A stretch of 64,000 bases of DNA, from positions 33,418,001-33,482,000 of the forward strand of contig JBHGNT010000001.1 of NCBI GenBank assembly GCA_043228905.1, given 5' to 3'. Both the position numbers and the translations under genes were made by a program. This document shows, in pieces, positions 10,693 through 22,300 of the stretch. The stretch is from Azolla caroliniana (taxonomy: Eukaryota > Plantae > Polypodiophyta). Position 1 is the first letter of the stretch. Each line of letters opens with the position of its first letter. The notes beneath the pieces are model-generated. The model ran no database searches, was not told where the DNA came from, and was given only the letters and a program-made list of their open reading frames with translations.

Positions 10693-13377
10693 TTAATCTC
10701 GGCATGAGCAAGATCCATCTGCGAAATGATGGATACAATAAGTGTCTGCTATTACTATTGCTCTCTTTTCCAGACTTGATATCAATCTGGTTGCTGTATG
10801 ACAAGAATCACATACTCGGAAGTTTTTTGACACTCTAATGGTTGTGCCTTGGGGTGTACTAATAAGACCAAATGCAATTGCTAATCTCTCAGCATGCCCA
10901 CATAATGCATCTTGTTTATCTTCATTAGAAATTGCAATTTCACACTGTGGAGAATATCCATGCTCTTCCATGCACATTGTTAAGGATTTGAGCTTTGCAT
11001 AAATTTTCTCACTCCATGGATGACTTTTGTCACCAACTGTAAAGCTGTGCACCTGGTTGTTAATCTCAATGAATGCTTTTGCAGGTTTCTTCCATACAGC
11101 TGCAGATCTTCTTGATTGCTCAAGCTTCTCAGCCTCCTCCCATGAACCAACAGATGAGTAGACACCGCACATAAGTTTGAATCCAGATGCATTTTGAGGT
11201 TCATCTTTCACTACATAGTTGAAGCATCGTCTACCTACACTGGTATTACCATGCCTCTTGCAAGAACTAAGCAATGATTTCCACCCTATTGCATTGCATG
11301 GGTAGGGAATTGTCTCAAGCAGATCTTCAGCTACATGCAGTTCTCCACCATAGCTTAAAATATCGACTAGGCAATAATATTGCTCTAGAGTGGGTAACAA
11401 ACCATAAACTTCCCTGATGGATTTGAATAGCAAACAACCTTCATATGTCATTCCTACATGACCACATGCTGACAAAAGACACAAAAATGTGACCTCATCT
11501 GGCTTTACACCAGATGTTTGCATGTTTTCAAAGCATTTGAGTGCTCCTCTGTAGTCATTATGATATGCATACCCTCCAATCAACGCACTCCAAATGACTT
11601 CATCTTGTATTGGGATCCTATCAAACACCAATTTGGCATCCTCTAGGCTTCCACATTTGCTATACATGTCAACAAGTGCACTACCAATACGCTCATTGGA
11701 TTCTAGACCATGTTTTATTATAGAAGCCTGGATGAGCTTACCATAACCTAAGGCTGACATAATAGAACATGCTTTCAAGATGCAAAGAAAGGTAACATGG
11801 TTTGGTTCAATGCCTTCTTGCTGCATTTTCTCAAAGTGACTAAGTGCCTCCTCACCACAGTCATGCTGCACAAGCCCTGCAATAAATGTGCTCCATGTGA
11901 CCACATCTTTCTCTGGTAACCTCACAAAGATAGATTTAGAATCTTCTAAACTCCCACACTTAGCATACATATCAATCAATGTATTACCAACAGATACATC
12001 CAGTTCTAAACCATTCGTTATAAGGGAATGCACGCGATTGCATTGCTCTAAATTACTACAAGCTCTCACTGCACAAGCAAATGTCACCTCATCTGGCTTC
12101 ACACCTTGTTGTTGCATCTCTTGAAAGAGTTGCAAAACCTCATGGCCATGTCCTCTCTCAACGTAGCCACCAATCAAGGCATTCCAAGTTATAGAGTTCT
12201 TTATAAGCAATCTATTGAACACTCCACGTGCATCAAGCAAGCTTCCACATTTAGCATACATATCAACAAGGGCACTACCTAAAGATAGGTCAGCTTCATA
12301 TCCACTCTTAATAATATGTGCATGAACCTTCTTCCCGTGTTCGAAGGCTGCCACGCTCGAACATGCATTTATAACCGAGATAAATGTTACTTGGTTTGGT
12401 TCCACCCCATCCTCTTGCATGCACTGAAATGTTCTCATAACTTCAAAGATTAAGCGATGTTTGGCATAGCCACATATCAAGGCTGTCCATGCAATTACAT
12501 CCCTTTGTTGCCCTTTCTGAAGTAAAACAAGGGCAGATTCAAAATTTCCACATTTTGCATACATATCAATAAGGGCATGAGATATTGATGCATCTGAATC
12601 AAAACCCCTTTCAAGAATGCAGATATGGATATGCTCTCCCCTATCCAAAGAGAACATATCATCAATGCATGCTTTCACAATACTCAAGAATGTGACTTCA
12701 TCGGGCTCCATTCCATCATTCTTCATCTTATAAAAAAGCTCAAATGCATGTTGTTCATATCCGTGTTGAACATAACCTGATATCAATGTATTCCAAGCTA
12801 CCAAGTTCTGTTTCCCTGTCTTGTCAAAGGTCATGTGTGCTTGTAAGAGAAACCCACATTTAGTATATAGATTTATCAAAGAGCTGTTAACAAAAGCATC
12901 AGATTCAAGACCATATTCAATAGCACAAGCATGAATTTGTCGGCCCTCAATAGCAGCCTCTGATAGAGCACAAGCCTTGAGCACTGCCACCAGCACTGGG
13001 CCATCAGGTTCCAGTCCACTACTTTGCATTCTTTTATACAGCTCCAAAACCTGATCAATCTGACCAAATTTAACATAGGCAAATATGATTGCGGCCCATG
13101 CAAAAATACCCGGTTTCTCAAGCTTTAGAAAGACTTGATCAGCTTTTGATGAGAGATTTAAAGACTGAAACATTCGGACCAAATGACTTGCAAAAAATGG
13201 ATCCGATTCGAGCCCATTTCTCACAACAAAGTGGTGTAATTCATGACCCAAATCAAGGTTATACTCCCAAATGCATTGTTCAAGCAAATTAAGGAAATTT
13301 TGTGTGTTAACAAGAGAAGCTAACCTGATGCTATCCACAGAATTTGAAGTTTGAAGTGATGAATTTGATTGGTGCAT
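10693..13377 (-). CDS. PLS-class PPR protein with E1-E2-DYW:KP deaminase domain (candidate organellar RNA editing factor)
   Basis: 894-aa ORF with repeated P-L-S triplets (W.ALI.GY, TF...L.AC, ALVDMYAKCGSL.DA), P2-L2-S2, E motifs, WKKPAKAFIEI, CGHAERLAIAFGL, KNFRVCDSCH and HHFADGSCSCRD*. The frame stays open upstream to acceptor ATGCAG|13450. A possible 5' exon ends at 14158 (CCAG|GTTTGT). Confidence 0.95.
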   Translation of the reverse strand: MHQSNSSLQTSNSVDSIRLASLVNTQNFLNLLEQCIWEYNLDLGHELHHFVVRNGLESDPFFASHLVRMFQSLNLSSKADQVFLKLEKPGIFAWAAIIFAYVKFGQIDQVLELYKRMQSSGLEPDGPVLVAVLKACALSEAAIEGRQIHACAIEYGLESDAFVNSSLINLYTKCGFLLQAHMTFDKTGKQNLVAWNTLISGYVQHGYEQHAFELFYKMKNDGMEPDEVTFLSIVKACIDDMFSLDRGEHIHICILERGFDSDASISHALIDMYAKCGNFESALVLLQKGQQRDVIAWTALICGYAKHRLIFEVMRTFQCMQEDGVEPNQVTFISVINACSSVAAFEHGKKVHAHIIKSGYEADLSLGSALVDMYAKCGSLLDARGVFNRLLIKNSITWNALIGGYVERGHGHEVLQLFQEMQQQGVKPDEVTFACAVRACSNLEQCNRVHSLITNGLELDVSVGNTLIDMYAKCGSLEDSKSIFVRLPEKDVVTWSTFIAGLVQHDCGEEALSHFEKMQQEGIEPNHVTFLCILKACSIMSALGYGKLIQASIIKHGLESNERIGSALVDMYSKCGSLEDAKLVFDRIPIQDEVIWSALIGGYAYHNDYRGALKCFENMQTSGVKPDEVTFLCLLSACGHVGMTYEGCLLFKSIREVYGLLPTLEQYYCLVDILSYGGELHVAEDLLETIPYPCNAIGWKSLLSSCKRHGNTSVGRRCFNYVVKDEPQNASGFKLMCGVYSSVGSWEEAEKLEQSRRSAAVWKKPAKAFIEINNQVHSFTVGDKSHPWSEKIYAKLKSLTMCMEEHGYSPQCEIAISNEDKQDALCGHAERLAIAFGLISTPQGTTIRVSKNFRVCDSCHTATRLISSLEKRAIVIADTYCIHHFADGSCSCRD

Positions 13378-13564
13378 CTCAGAGGGCAGGAAATCTAACT
13401 GTTTCGATGGTGTTGGGAAAGTGAACTCAAGATTTTTGCTAATAATCCGCCTGCATAAGAACCAAAAGTATGAGAATTTCTAGACATAAACCCTAGAAAA
13501 AATTACAGAAAAAATATGGCTTTTTTAATGCACATAAAGCCTAGAGATATGGTCCAAGCTTGCA

Positions 13565-13985
13565 AAGGAGAATATGCAAATGTACAAAGACCTAAAAACC
13601 TAAAGTAACAGGGGAGAATATGCAAATGTACAAAGAGAAGACGTTTGCATGTAGATGAAAATGTCTAGAATTTTGGAAAGAAAATAGCATGCTATTCTGC
13701 CAAAAAACCGGAAATGTTTACAGAAACTATATGAAAGGAAAAACTTCATCTCCTACAACCCTCGAATGGTTTTTTGCAAGGAAAAGCATTATACCTAAAA
13801 GCCTAGAAAATAACATGGGGGAATATGCAAATGTGCAAAGAGAAGAAGTTTGCATTTAGATGAAAATGTTTGAGATTAAGAAAATAACACGCTCTGCTGC
13901 CCAAAGACATGGAAATGTTTGCAAAAGCTATATTCAAATTTGAAAGGAAAAAACCTCATCTCCTACAAACCTTGAATGGTTTAGA
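13565..13985. repeat. Imperfect ~210-bp direct duplication in the putative first intron of the PPR gene
   Basis: GAATATGCAAATGT.CAAAGA, GTTTGCAT.TAGATGAAAATG and GAAAGGAAAAA.C.TCATCTCCTACAA.CC each recur about 205-225 bp apart. Confidence 0.8.
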
Positions 13986-14227
13986 AAAGCAATATATATA
14001 CATATATACATTCAAATTTGCGAGGGAGACGAAAAGATTTTTTCGAAATTGCAAGGAAAAAGAGCAGCGTAATTAGGACTGATGGCAAGAAAGAAAAAGA
14101 AACAGAGTATTCAAAAGTATAAATAAAATGGAAAATTTGAAGAGAAGGACAACAAACCTGGGTCTGATGGGATATTGTGCAGTGTCAACGAATCCATCGT
14201 CAGAGAAGCATAGAGATGAAGGAAAAC

Positions 14228-14288
14228 TAGGGTTTAAATGTTGAGCAAGAGCTCCATTCTTTTGCCCAAAAAGCTCAGTCGGGCCCAA
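14228..14288 (-). promoter_or_regulatory. Site II (TGGGCCC) plus telo-box-like AAACCCTAG elements near the presumed PPR gene TSS
   Basis: GGGCCCA at 14281-14287 and CTAGGGTTT at ~14228-14236. This pairing is common in plant housekeeping promoters. Confidence 0.45.
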
Positions 14289-14377
14289 TTCCACCACAGA
14301 GCTTGTTGTCATCATCTAAACCAAATTTACGAGTAGAAGAAAGCAGAGCGCGTATATGACAGATAAGTCTTGGTTTT

Positions 14378-14605
14378 GAGTAATTCTCCAAAAATGCCCC
14401 TATTTTTCTTTTATTCTCCCAACCAGCCCTTAGCACCCATCAATCCTAAAGAGCAATTAATTTAATGTCTGAATTTGGAGCGATTAATTGACATAACCCC
14501 CCCCCCCCCCCCCCCTTCTTCTCTCTTTTGAGGTTTGAGCTCTGGTGGAAACCAAGGGCATTTGAGTAGAGTAAAGAAAAAATTGGGGGTAATCAAAGCT
14601 TTTCC
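14378..14605. mobile_element. Degenerate MITE-like element with ~50-bp imperfect terminal inverted repeats
   Basis: CCCC.ATTTTTCTTTA.TCT.C...GCCCTT (~14397-14430) is mirrored by AAGGGC....GAGTAGAGTAAAGAAAAAATTGGGGG (14553-14589). No clear TSD. Confidence 0.45.
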
Positions 14606-15319
14606 CACAATTATAATGTGTCAACCAATAGTTTGAAGTGTTTTTATGATTCTAATTGCCATTCAAATAGGAGGAGGATTTACAATCAAGCGATCACCCA
14701 AATTGGTTAGATCCTAAATATGATTGACCAACCTAGGATTTAAGCTATATACATTCTCCCATTATTACCTTTCTTTGTCTACCTAATTTTCTTCTGTCCA
14801 ACCTTGTTAACATACGCTATCATTGTTCATCCCACCTTCCCCTCATCCAATGACATTGTGTCACAACAACTTGGGATTTGATTTTACCATGCTACTAGAC
14901 CAAGTCTGTGAATGAGTATGAAACTTCATACATGAATTGGAGCCATGATCACTAATTGTAAATACAAATACAAGATGTCACATGCATTGAATATTATGAA
15001 CAATTCCATTTGAAGACATTAATACACATGTACAAGCCCTCAAAGTTTATGCTAGGCATTGATTTTGATTTGGAATGTTGCCAAATTAAAAAAATTGTAA
15101 TTGTTTCTCTATGCTTATCAAAGTGATTGATGCCAACATTGGGAACCATGATTTATTGTGATGGTTGGTATGTAGTAAACCATGAAGAATTCTAGAATCA
15201 ATGAGCAAGAAGAGGGGAGCAATTGAAGTTCAAAAAAGTAGAATGTCACTTTAAGAAGATTCAAGAGAGAGATACATTAAGGCTATTGAAATATAAAAGG
15301 GGATTTAGAGAGAGAGATA

Positions 15320-16412
15320 GATTATATTATCATTTTCGGAGGTCAAATATGACCTATGAGACAAAAAATATTACATTTCACGTGATAACGTAGTGACTCT
15401 CGATGTTCAAGAACTTTACCAATGAATGTTGTAATCGAGAGTGGACATTGTGGCTGTGAGAGAAATTCATGCATGGATTGGGCTCGGTCGAAGAGATGGG
15501 GAAAGCATGGTTGAATATGATCAGAGGCAGAGCATTGTATCAAAGTGTGATATTCAGATTTGCAAGCTTGTTTAGGGCAAAGTGTGCATAGCTAACCACT
15601 CTCATCACTTGTGCCCCAACACCCTGTCTCACATAGAAATGCATGTGAGCTAAGTCGCATGGAAGAAATGGTTCGAATGAGAATCGAGATAACGGGATGG
15701 ACTCTAACATGTATCAATGTGTACGGTTTCCCCGTTCCACAAAGAATATGGTTTTGTAGTTAGGTGCAACATGTGTAGTATATAATGTGTGAAGCGTGAG
15801 CTTGTCCCATGTCATGATACATTGGCGTTGCAAAAAGGCCTCATTTATAGAGGGATCTAATGATGCATCATGAAGAAAGTGTCTCACATCCCATCTACCA
15901 AACCATTTTTCTATATTTTGCATCCAATTGGAGCACAAAATTTTGCTTTTATGCGTCTTTTGGATATTTTTGCTTGCTTCCCATGCAATTCTTGGAAGTC
16001 GACGTGAGGAACTTTTTTGAACCTTAAGCATGTATTCAACAACCCTTTCCATGGCCATGATCTCAATGGGAAAGTGATCCTGTCTCGAGGAGGAGGGTGT
16101 AGGGTGTTTGTTTCTTAACTTGTAGAAACTTTGTAAGAAAATATTTTTGGACATTTTCAAACTCTTTCCACGTAGATTTAGGGATGCTACCGCCCCATAC
16201 TTCCACGGTCCACCCCATAGAGAAGAAGCAGTGTCACCAAAGTGTTGAAAAAATATTTTTTGAGGACCCAACACTTAATATCTCCAAGATTGCATGTGTT
16301 CTCAAATGCATAGTATGCTCGCTTACGCGACTCTAAGTGGCATGTAGTACATTCATTCCATCTATGATTTGAAGGAACTTCAAGGCCAAGATATTTGAAG
16401 CTTTCCACACAT
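15320..16412 (-). mobile_element. Degenerate 5'-truncated non-LTR retrotransposon (RTE/RTEX-like ORF2 C-terminus)
   Basis: RT thumb FKYLG, LLLYGV, RLPRIAW, RLSSHAFLCETGCWG, then a CTLC..E.EYH.LIQC zinc-knuckle-like motif, with frameshifts. Flanked on both sides by (GA)n. Confidence 0.8.
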
Positions 16413-17385
16413 TCAAGAGAGAGAGAGAGAGAGTTTGCCCAGATGGATGTAGCTTAATTGACAAGGTTGCCCAATGGAGAAGAAAGAAAGAAAGACCGAG
16501 TGACATCTAATATATTAAGAAAAAATATTTGAAAGAAAGAAAGAAAGACCAAGTGACATCTAATATATTAAGAAAAAATATTTATTGTGGGAAAGTCAAA
16601 CCTTGAACCTTAGGCCTAAGATTAATAACCTAGGGCAAGCTTATTACAATAAGAGTGTGAGAGAAAGGAATTCAAGACTCCTTTAATGACAATATAAACT
16701 CACAATAAGTACAAAATAGGATTATTTGCACAGTATGTGCAAGAGGTCCTATTTGGAATCTAGGAATGTTACTTCTTAGAAACAAATGCTTTCTTTGACT
16801 ATAGGACATAATAAGCTAGCCACAATCTCTCAAAAATAAATTGTTGGGGGATCAAACGAATTCAAGATCAACACTTTTAGACGATGAAATTTATGTAGGG
16901 GCATGATCTCAGTTTATGCAAGGTTCTTATATTACTTTACATTCTTGTCCACGCAAATAACTTTTGAATCCTCTTAAACCAACATTTGGTATAGATACTA
17001 ACATGATTTTCAACCAAGAAAGGGTTTTTGTATTATGTTTAAACTTTAAACAGTGACCTCTAATTTATAAAATTTCAGCCATTTGATCTTCCAAGAGAAT
17101 AGCTTCAGCACCTCTCATTCTCTACACTTCTGGGATGCTTGCCCCATAGTAGGCATCTGGTGCCCTCTTATCCTTGCCCACTATTCCTATTATTATTCAT
17201 GCATCAGCTTAGGTACAAATGATGCCATGACTGTTTTTATACTAGCTAATGAATTCCTTTAATGAGGGTTGTGTAACTGAGGTTCAAGGTTCAATGTAGG
17301 GAATATAGATATAAATATTAAGAACGATATATTGAAAGTGAGAGCACTCCAATAACTTTTCTCTTTTCAGTGTCACTAAGGGCAG

Positions 17386-17789
17386 AAAAGTCTGTAGAAA
17401 ACAATCACGTTGTTAAGGGACTGCCAAAAATTTAACAAGAGACCAGTTTGGTGTGCCTCGACCATTTCTATATGCCAGCATAAAAACATGATTAAAAAAA
17501 GTACTCACTGGCTACCCAAAAGTCTGTAGAAAACAATCATGTTGTTAAGGGACTGCCAAAAATTTAACAAGAGACCAGTTTGGTGTGCCTCGACCATTTC
17601 TATATGCCAGCATAAAAACATGATTAAAAAAAGTACTCACTGGCTACCCAAAAGTCTGTAGAAAACAATCACGTTGTTAAGGGACTGCCAAAAATTTAAC
17701 AAGAGACCAGTTTGGTGTGCCTCGACCATTTCTATATGCCAGCATAAAAACATGATTAAAAAAAGTACTCACTGGCTACCCAAAAGTCT
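17386..17789. repeat. Tandem triplication of a 132-bp unit
   Basis: Units start at 17386, 17518 and 17650, with a terminal AAAAGTCT at 17782. Copies are almost identical. Confidence 0.97.
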
Positions 17790-19103
17790 TTTCACTAATT
17801 TTCAATCATATTTACATCTGCTTTCTACAACTTAGCGTCAGGTCTATATTCTTTGCTCCATCTACTAGGGCATATTTTGCTCAATGTCCGATATTTCATT
17901 TGCCCCATGAACTAGAGTATATATACCCAATATTTCTTTAGCCGCACAGAGTAGGGCATATATCCTCATAATGTTAATTCATCCCTAATTCCACTACATC
18001 CACAAGATCCCAATTGTTTCATTCATGAGATTGTTGGATCCTTTTTTAGTCTTTTTTGTCTGCATTTATTGTTGAATTACTGATGCTCCATCCCTCATGC
18101 CACTTATATCCTCCACACACAAATCCAGTTGAATTATATTTCCGGCAAATAATCATATGGTAACTACAACATATCATGCTACTGTTTCAGGAATGGAAGT
18201 GTAATGTCCATTCAGGAATAATATTCTTTTAAGAAATGCAAGTCTACATTTTAAAATTCATGTTGTAGCCTATATCTTTCACAACTATACCCATCATGAC
18301 TATGTCGTCAAATACATAGCAACAGCTGCACCTTAATGGGCTCCTGATGAGGCAATACTATACCCCTCAAGTTTCGATGAACAATATTTACTTGAAACTC
18401 CAGATACTGCAGCCAAGGGCAAGTGCAGCAGCACCAGCAACTGCTGGAGACATTTTACATGCAAGACAAAAGACACCCCTTTTCCTCAGTCTCCTTTCAG
18501 ATGTTGACAGTTAGCGAGCCCCCCCATGATTCGGGAGCTCCATCCACTGCACCTTTTCTTCATGAAGCGCAAGAAAATTTATCAATTGATTCGGGTGGTT
18601 CGGAGCTATCGACGCACGATCCCCTCTTCCTGGTACATGATTTGAAGCAATAAGATTGATATTCTTATGAATGCAATTTACTGTGATCATTATAATATTA
18701 TTTGACCTACATTTTATTAGGTGACACACTGGAGGATCTGTACACTCTAGTGGATGCAGAGACAAGATAGACAAGGGGAAGGCACAAGGACACACCTTAA
18801 GATGAACAGGAGCACCATTGAAGACAGATAAAAACCAATCATTAGCCTCCAGTTGGTGCTGTATGGTGGTATTTCTGAGAATATTTCTTGGTGATCAGGC
18901 AATAATTTCATCAAACACAGCAAGGATTTCATGGACTATTGATCCTGATGCTTAAGATTTGATGAGGAAATCTTTGTTTAATGGGAAAATGAAAATACAA
19001 TGTTGCAATCCTCCCTCATCAAATACACTTATCAGTATTTAATTTGATCCTAGGAGTTATCAAGCACATGAGGAAACAATCAAATGACCCTAGCTAGCTG
19101 ATA

Positions 19104-19352
19104 GGCATGATAACTAGTACACCAGAAGTCTCTTTCCAGATCCTCTGATCCTAGGGAAAGGTTCAATCAATGCTCTATTGCCCACGCCATGGACCAAACC
19201 TTCACACAATGTTCTGAACCCAGCAATTGCAGTAGTTTAATGGGCGAGCAGCCCAATCATTGGGATGTACTACCTCCCCAGATGGCAAAGAACCAATACT
19301 GAGGTGCCAAACATTCCCATTCATAACGCTTAGGGAAGATCAACCCCTTATC
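19104..19352 (-). pseudogene. rrn23: Degenerate plastid 23S rRNA fragment (NUPT), peptidyl-transferase-centre region
   Basis: The reverse complement reads GATAAggGGtTGATCTTCCCtAAG..GTTTGGCACCTC..TCTTtGCCAtCTGGGG..TTGGGCTGcTCGCCCATTAAA..GCTGGGTTCAGAAC..GGTCCAT..AGAGCATTGA..ACCTTTCCCTAG..AGAGGA..TCTGGTGTACtAGTTATC. This is collinear with chloroplast 23S rRNA. Confidence 0.85.
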
Positions 19353-22300
19353 ACGAGCCACATACAGCTCAACTCACACAGATCTGGCTCCATGGTGTCA
19401 CTAAGCTAGGTCTCTTTAGCATACCACATGCTCAGTTAAATAAGATTAAATCCTACTAGAATGCAATGATGATCCTCCAGTTGTGACCTCGCGAATTATA
19501 GTAAGATCCCAGGAGATAATTTTCGTCATGCAGTACATACCACTTGTATACATCAAATCTGGATATCAGTATCCACGGTTGGCTCTTGCCTCATTCAAAC
19601 AACTAGCAGAGGAAGATGAAAACCAATTGTTGAACGTTCATGAATGAGAAATTGGTTGCAAGTACGCAGCATGGATATGAATGCACTCCTACAATTTGAG
19701 TATTGCCTTGAATATGCAGTCATAGTGGTAAAGCTATAAGAACAAATATCATTCCAGTGTATACAGAACAAACTTGCATCCATCCAAAATTCAGCTTCAT
19801 ACAAAGATAGTTAATTGTAAATAAGTCCACAGATGGCTTTGATTATTCGAGCCAAATATGTCATGTGCCCTTCTAAAAGCAATAGGGTAAGTCCGAGGAC
19901 CATCTCTTCATCTGAGAATAGAGACCAGAAGATATACACATGTAGCTTCAGAGGACTACATCTGCCATCTTTCCAATGCATCAGGATCATATTATCTATG
20001 TCATTTCCCAGACTATCGTGGCATCAGTAGAAGATATTTATATCTCTTTAGAGAAGGACATTGACCTTTGTAAAATATAATGATCAGCGATATTTAGCAT
20101 TTTTCCTTCTAGAGACAAGGACACATTGACAGAGCCTCTTGCGGGAGAGGTTGACACTAACTGATCCACCTAGAAGAGAACTTTGTATATTTCTCCCACA
20201 TGGGTACTAATGGGGAATAATCCCCGTCCCGTGTCTACAAACAAACAGCTTTATCAAACTGGATATGATTCAGGGGAGCCACCACAATTGGAGTCATTTC
20301 TTCTCATCATAGAAGGGGCCTTGATGCCAGCTGGTACCACAACTCTGAGACAAATCCATCATCACAAGGAATTGGAGATGCCCCCTCCTACCTTCCATCT
20401 TTCTATTGGAACAGATCAAAATGGATATTAGAGGGCAGCAATTTCAATTCCAATATTCAGGCACTAAACCTGATTGTTTATCATTACATTTCAAGCCATT
20501 CAGTTTGGGAAAGCTGGCATAGAAAGGCATTTTTTTCTATTGTTACTTGTATTGACAAATTATAATCAACAGATTTAACCTTTGTCAGGTCACATAGATC
20601 ATTATGGTCTTTTGAGACTTGATATATTATACTTCCTTCTCTTTTATTATATGACCTTTCGTTGATTCTTTAGTTATGTTATGGTCACCTGTAGTTACAA
20701 TGAGCATGCAGTCAATTAGTTAGCTGCTCCAAAGTTCCCTCTTGAGCATGCTAATGATTCTCATGTCAACCCAATTATCATGAAAATAGCATGTTATTTA
20801 GGATTCGTGATCACAGATGTGCTACAGCCAGACAACTACTCTAAGTTGGGGCTTATATAAAGGCCCATTCCCTAGTCAGTTCCTCCAGCTAGGGAGGTAG
20901 GGAGAAATGGAAAAAAGATACTTAACCGTTCTAGATGCCATCTACAACTTGAGGGAAACGCGCGTAGGAGCATTCAAACTGCTCCCATTTTTTGTGTTAC
21001 AGATGACACTAGGGAGATACGTCAACATAGACAACATCAGCCTGTCAGTTACACAGTGGCTAAGGTTGAGATTTTCATTATAGCTGATATTTTTGTTTCT
21101 TTGTTTGTTTTCAGCCGTAAGTATGTGAAAATGTACAAGAGCAGGATTATTGCACCTGTGTATGTATGGCATCCGTGCTACTTATGGCTTTAATAGCTTC
21201 TGATTAACAAAATACACTTTGAAGATAAAAACATATGACAACTTAAACCAGCAGTAAGAAGGAAAAATTCCCATCAAAGAAAACTTGAAAATACATCACA
21301 CAATAAACATGCACAAATATAAAAACATGTAAGCCTGTTCTTCTGATTTACTTTAAATTAAGTAGGATTATCTATATGAATGACCTTATAGGAAATATCA
21401 AGCATTTATGGAGATAAGCATGGGTCTTTGTGGGCTAAAAACAACAAATTAGGATTCATCGCTCCAGTAACAATAGAACAAAAAGTGTTTCACTTCAATA
21501 ACCATATGAAACTAAATCTGCAATCAAACAAATCTTACATATGCAGTCATGAGCAACATTAACTATTGCCATAGCAGCCTTGACCTCAATAAATAACAGC
21601 ATAGGAACTCGGCATAAAATAAGAGACAACTTAACAGCATTCAACGGGGACTATGATAGGTGTGCATAACTCAACTTAAAGGAAAGAAACTAGGATTTTT
21701 TTAAACATGTTCCGCAATAAATTATTTACCTTAATGCTCCTCATGAAATGTAACAGCACAGTACTGTCACGAACAAGGCAATCTCTGCAATTGAAGGCAA
21801 GTATTACTGGTTGAGAAAATTATCATTTTGACTTTAGAACAGGATATTACACACAGATTACATTAAATTATAATAAAAACAGCAAACAGCCTTAAAACTA
21901 CATTTACACAAAGAATCTGTTGATCATACACTTTCGTTTGAAGAAAAAACTAACTGTATTAATTTTAACGGAGAAATATTTCTATCAGACATGATCAACA
22001 CTCATCACACTCAGTGAAAAGATATCATCTAAAAGATTCCCATCACAAAAAGACTCATTGATCGCAATCTCAATTCTCATCTGTTCTACCATGTTTACTA
22101 TTACCATTATCGAGTCTGTTCACACTCAATCTATAGTACCCTTGTCATTAATATTCATCACAAGGGCTGACCACCAGAAAAGTAAAGAAGCATCGCTCTA
22201 TGTTTTTTTTTTGAACAGAAACAACTCACAACTTCAGGATTGTTTCCGACTGGCACACCAACAGAAAATTTCACCCTTGACCAGAAGCAAGCTTCTCACC

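Noticed and set aside
17386-17789. CRISPR-like regular repeat
   Set aside because: Whole units are identical with no unique spacers, the context is eukaryotic, and there are no cas genes.
18340-18400. CTGATGA...GAAAC resembling a hammerhead ribozyme core
   Set aside because: No convincing stem II or stem I/III pairing around the motifs.
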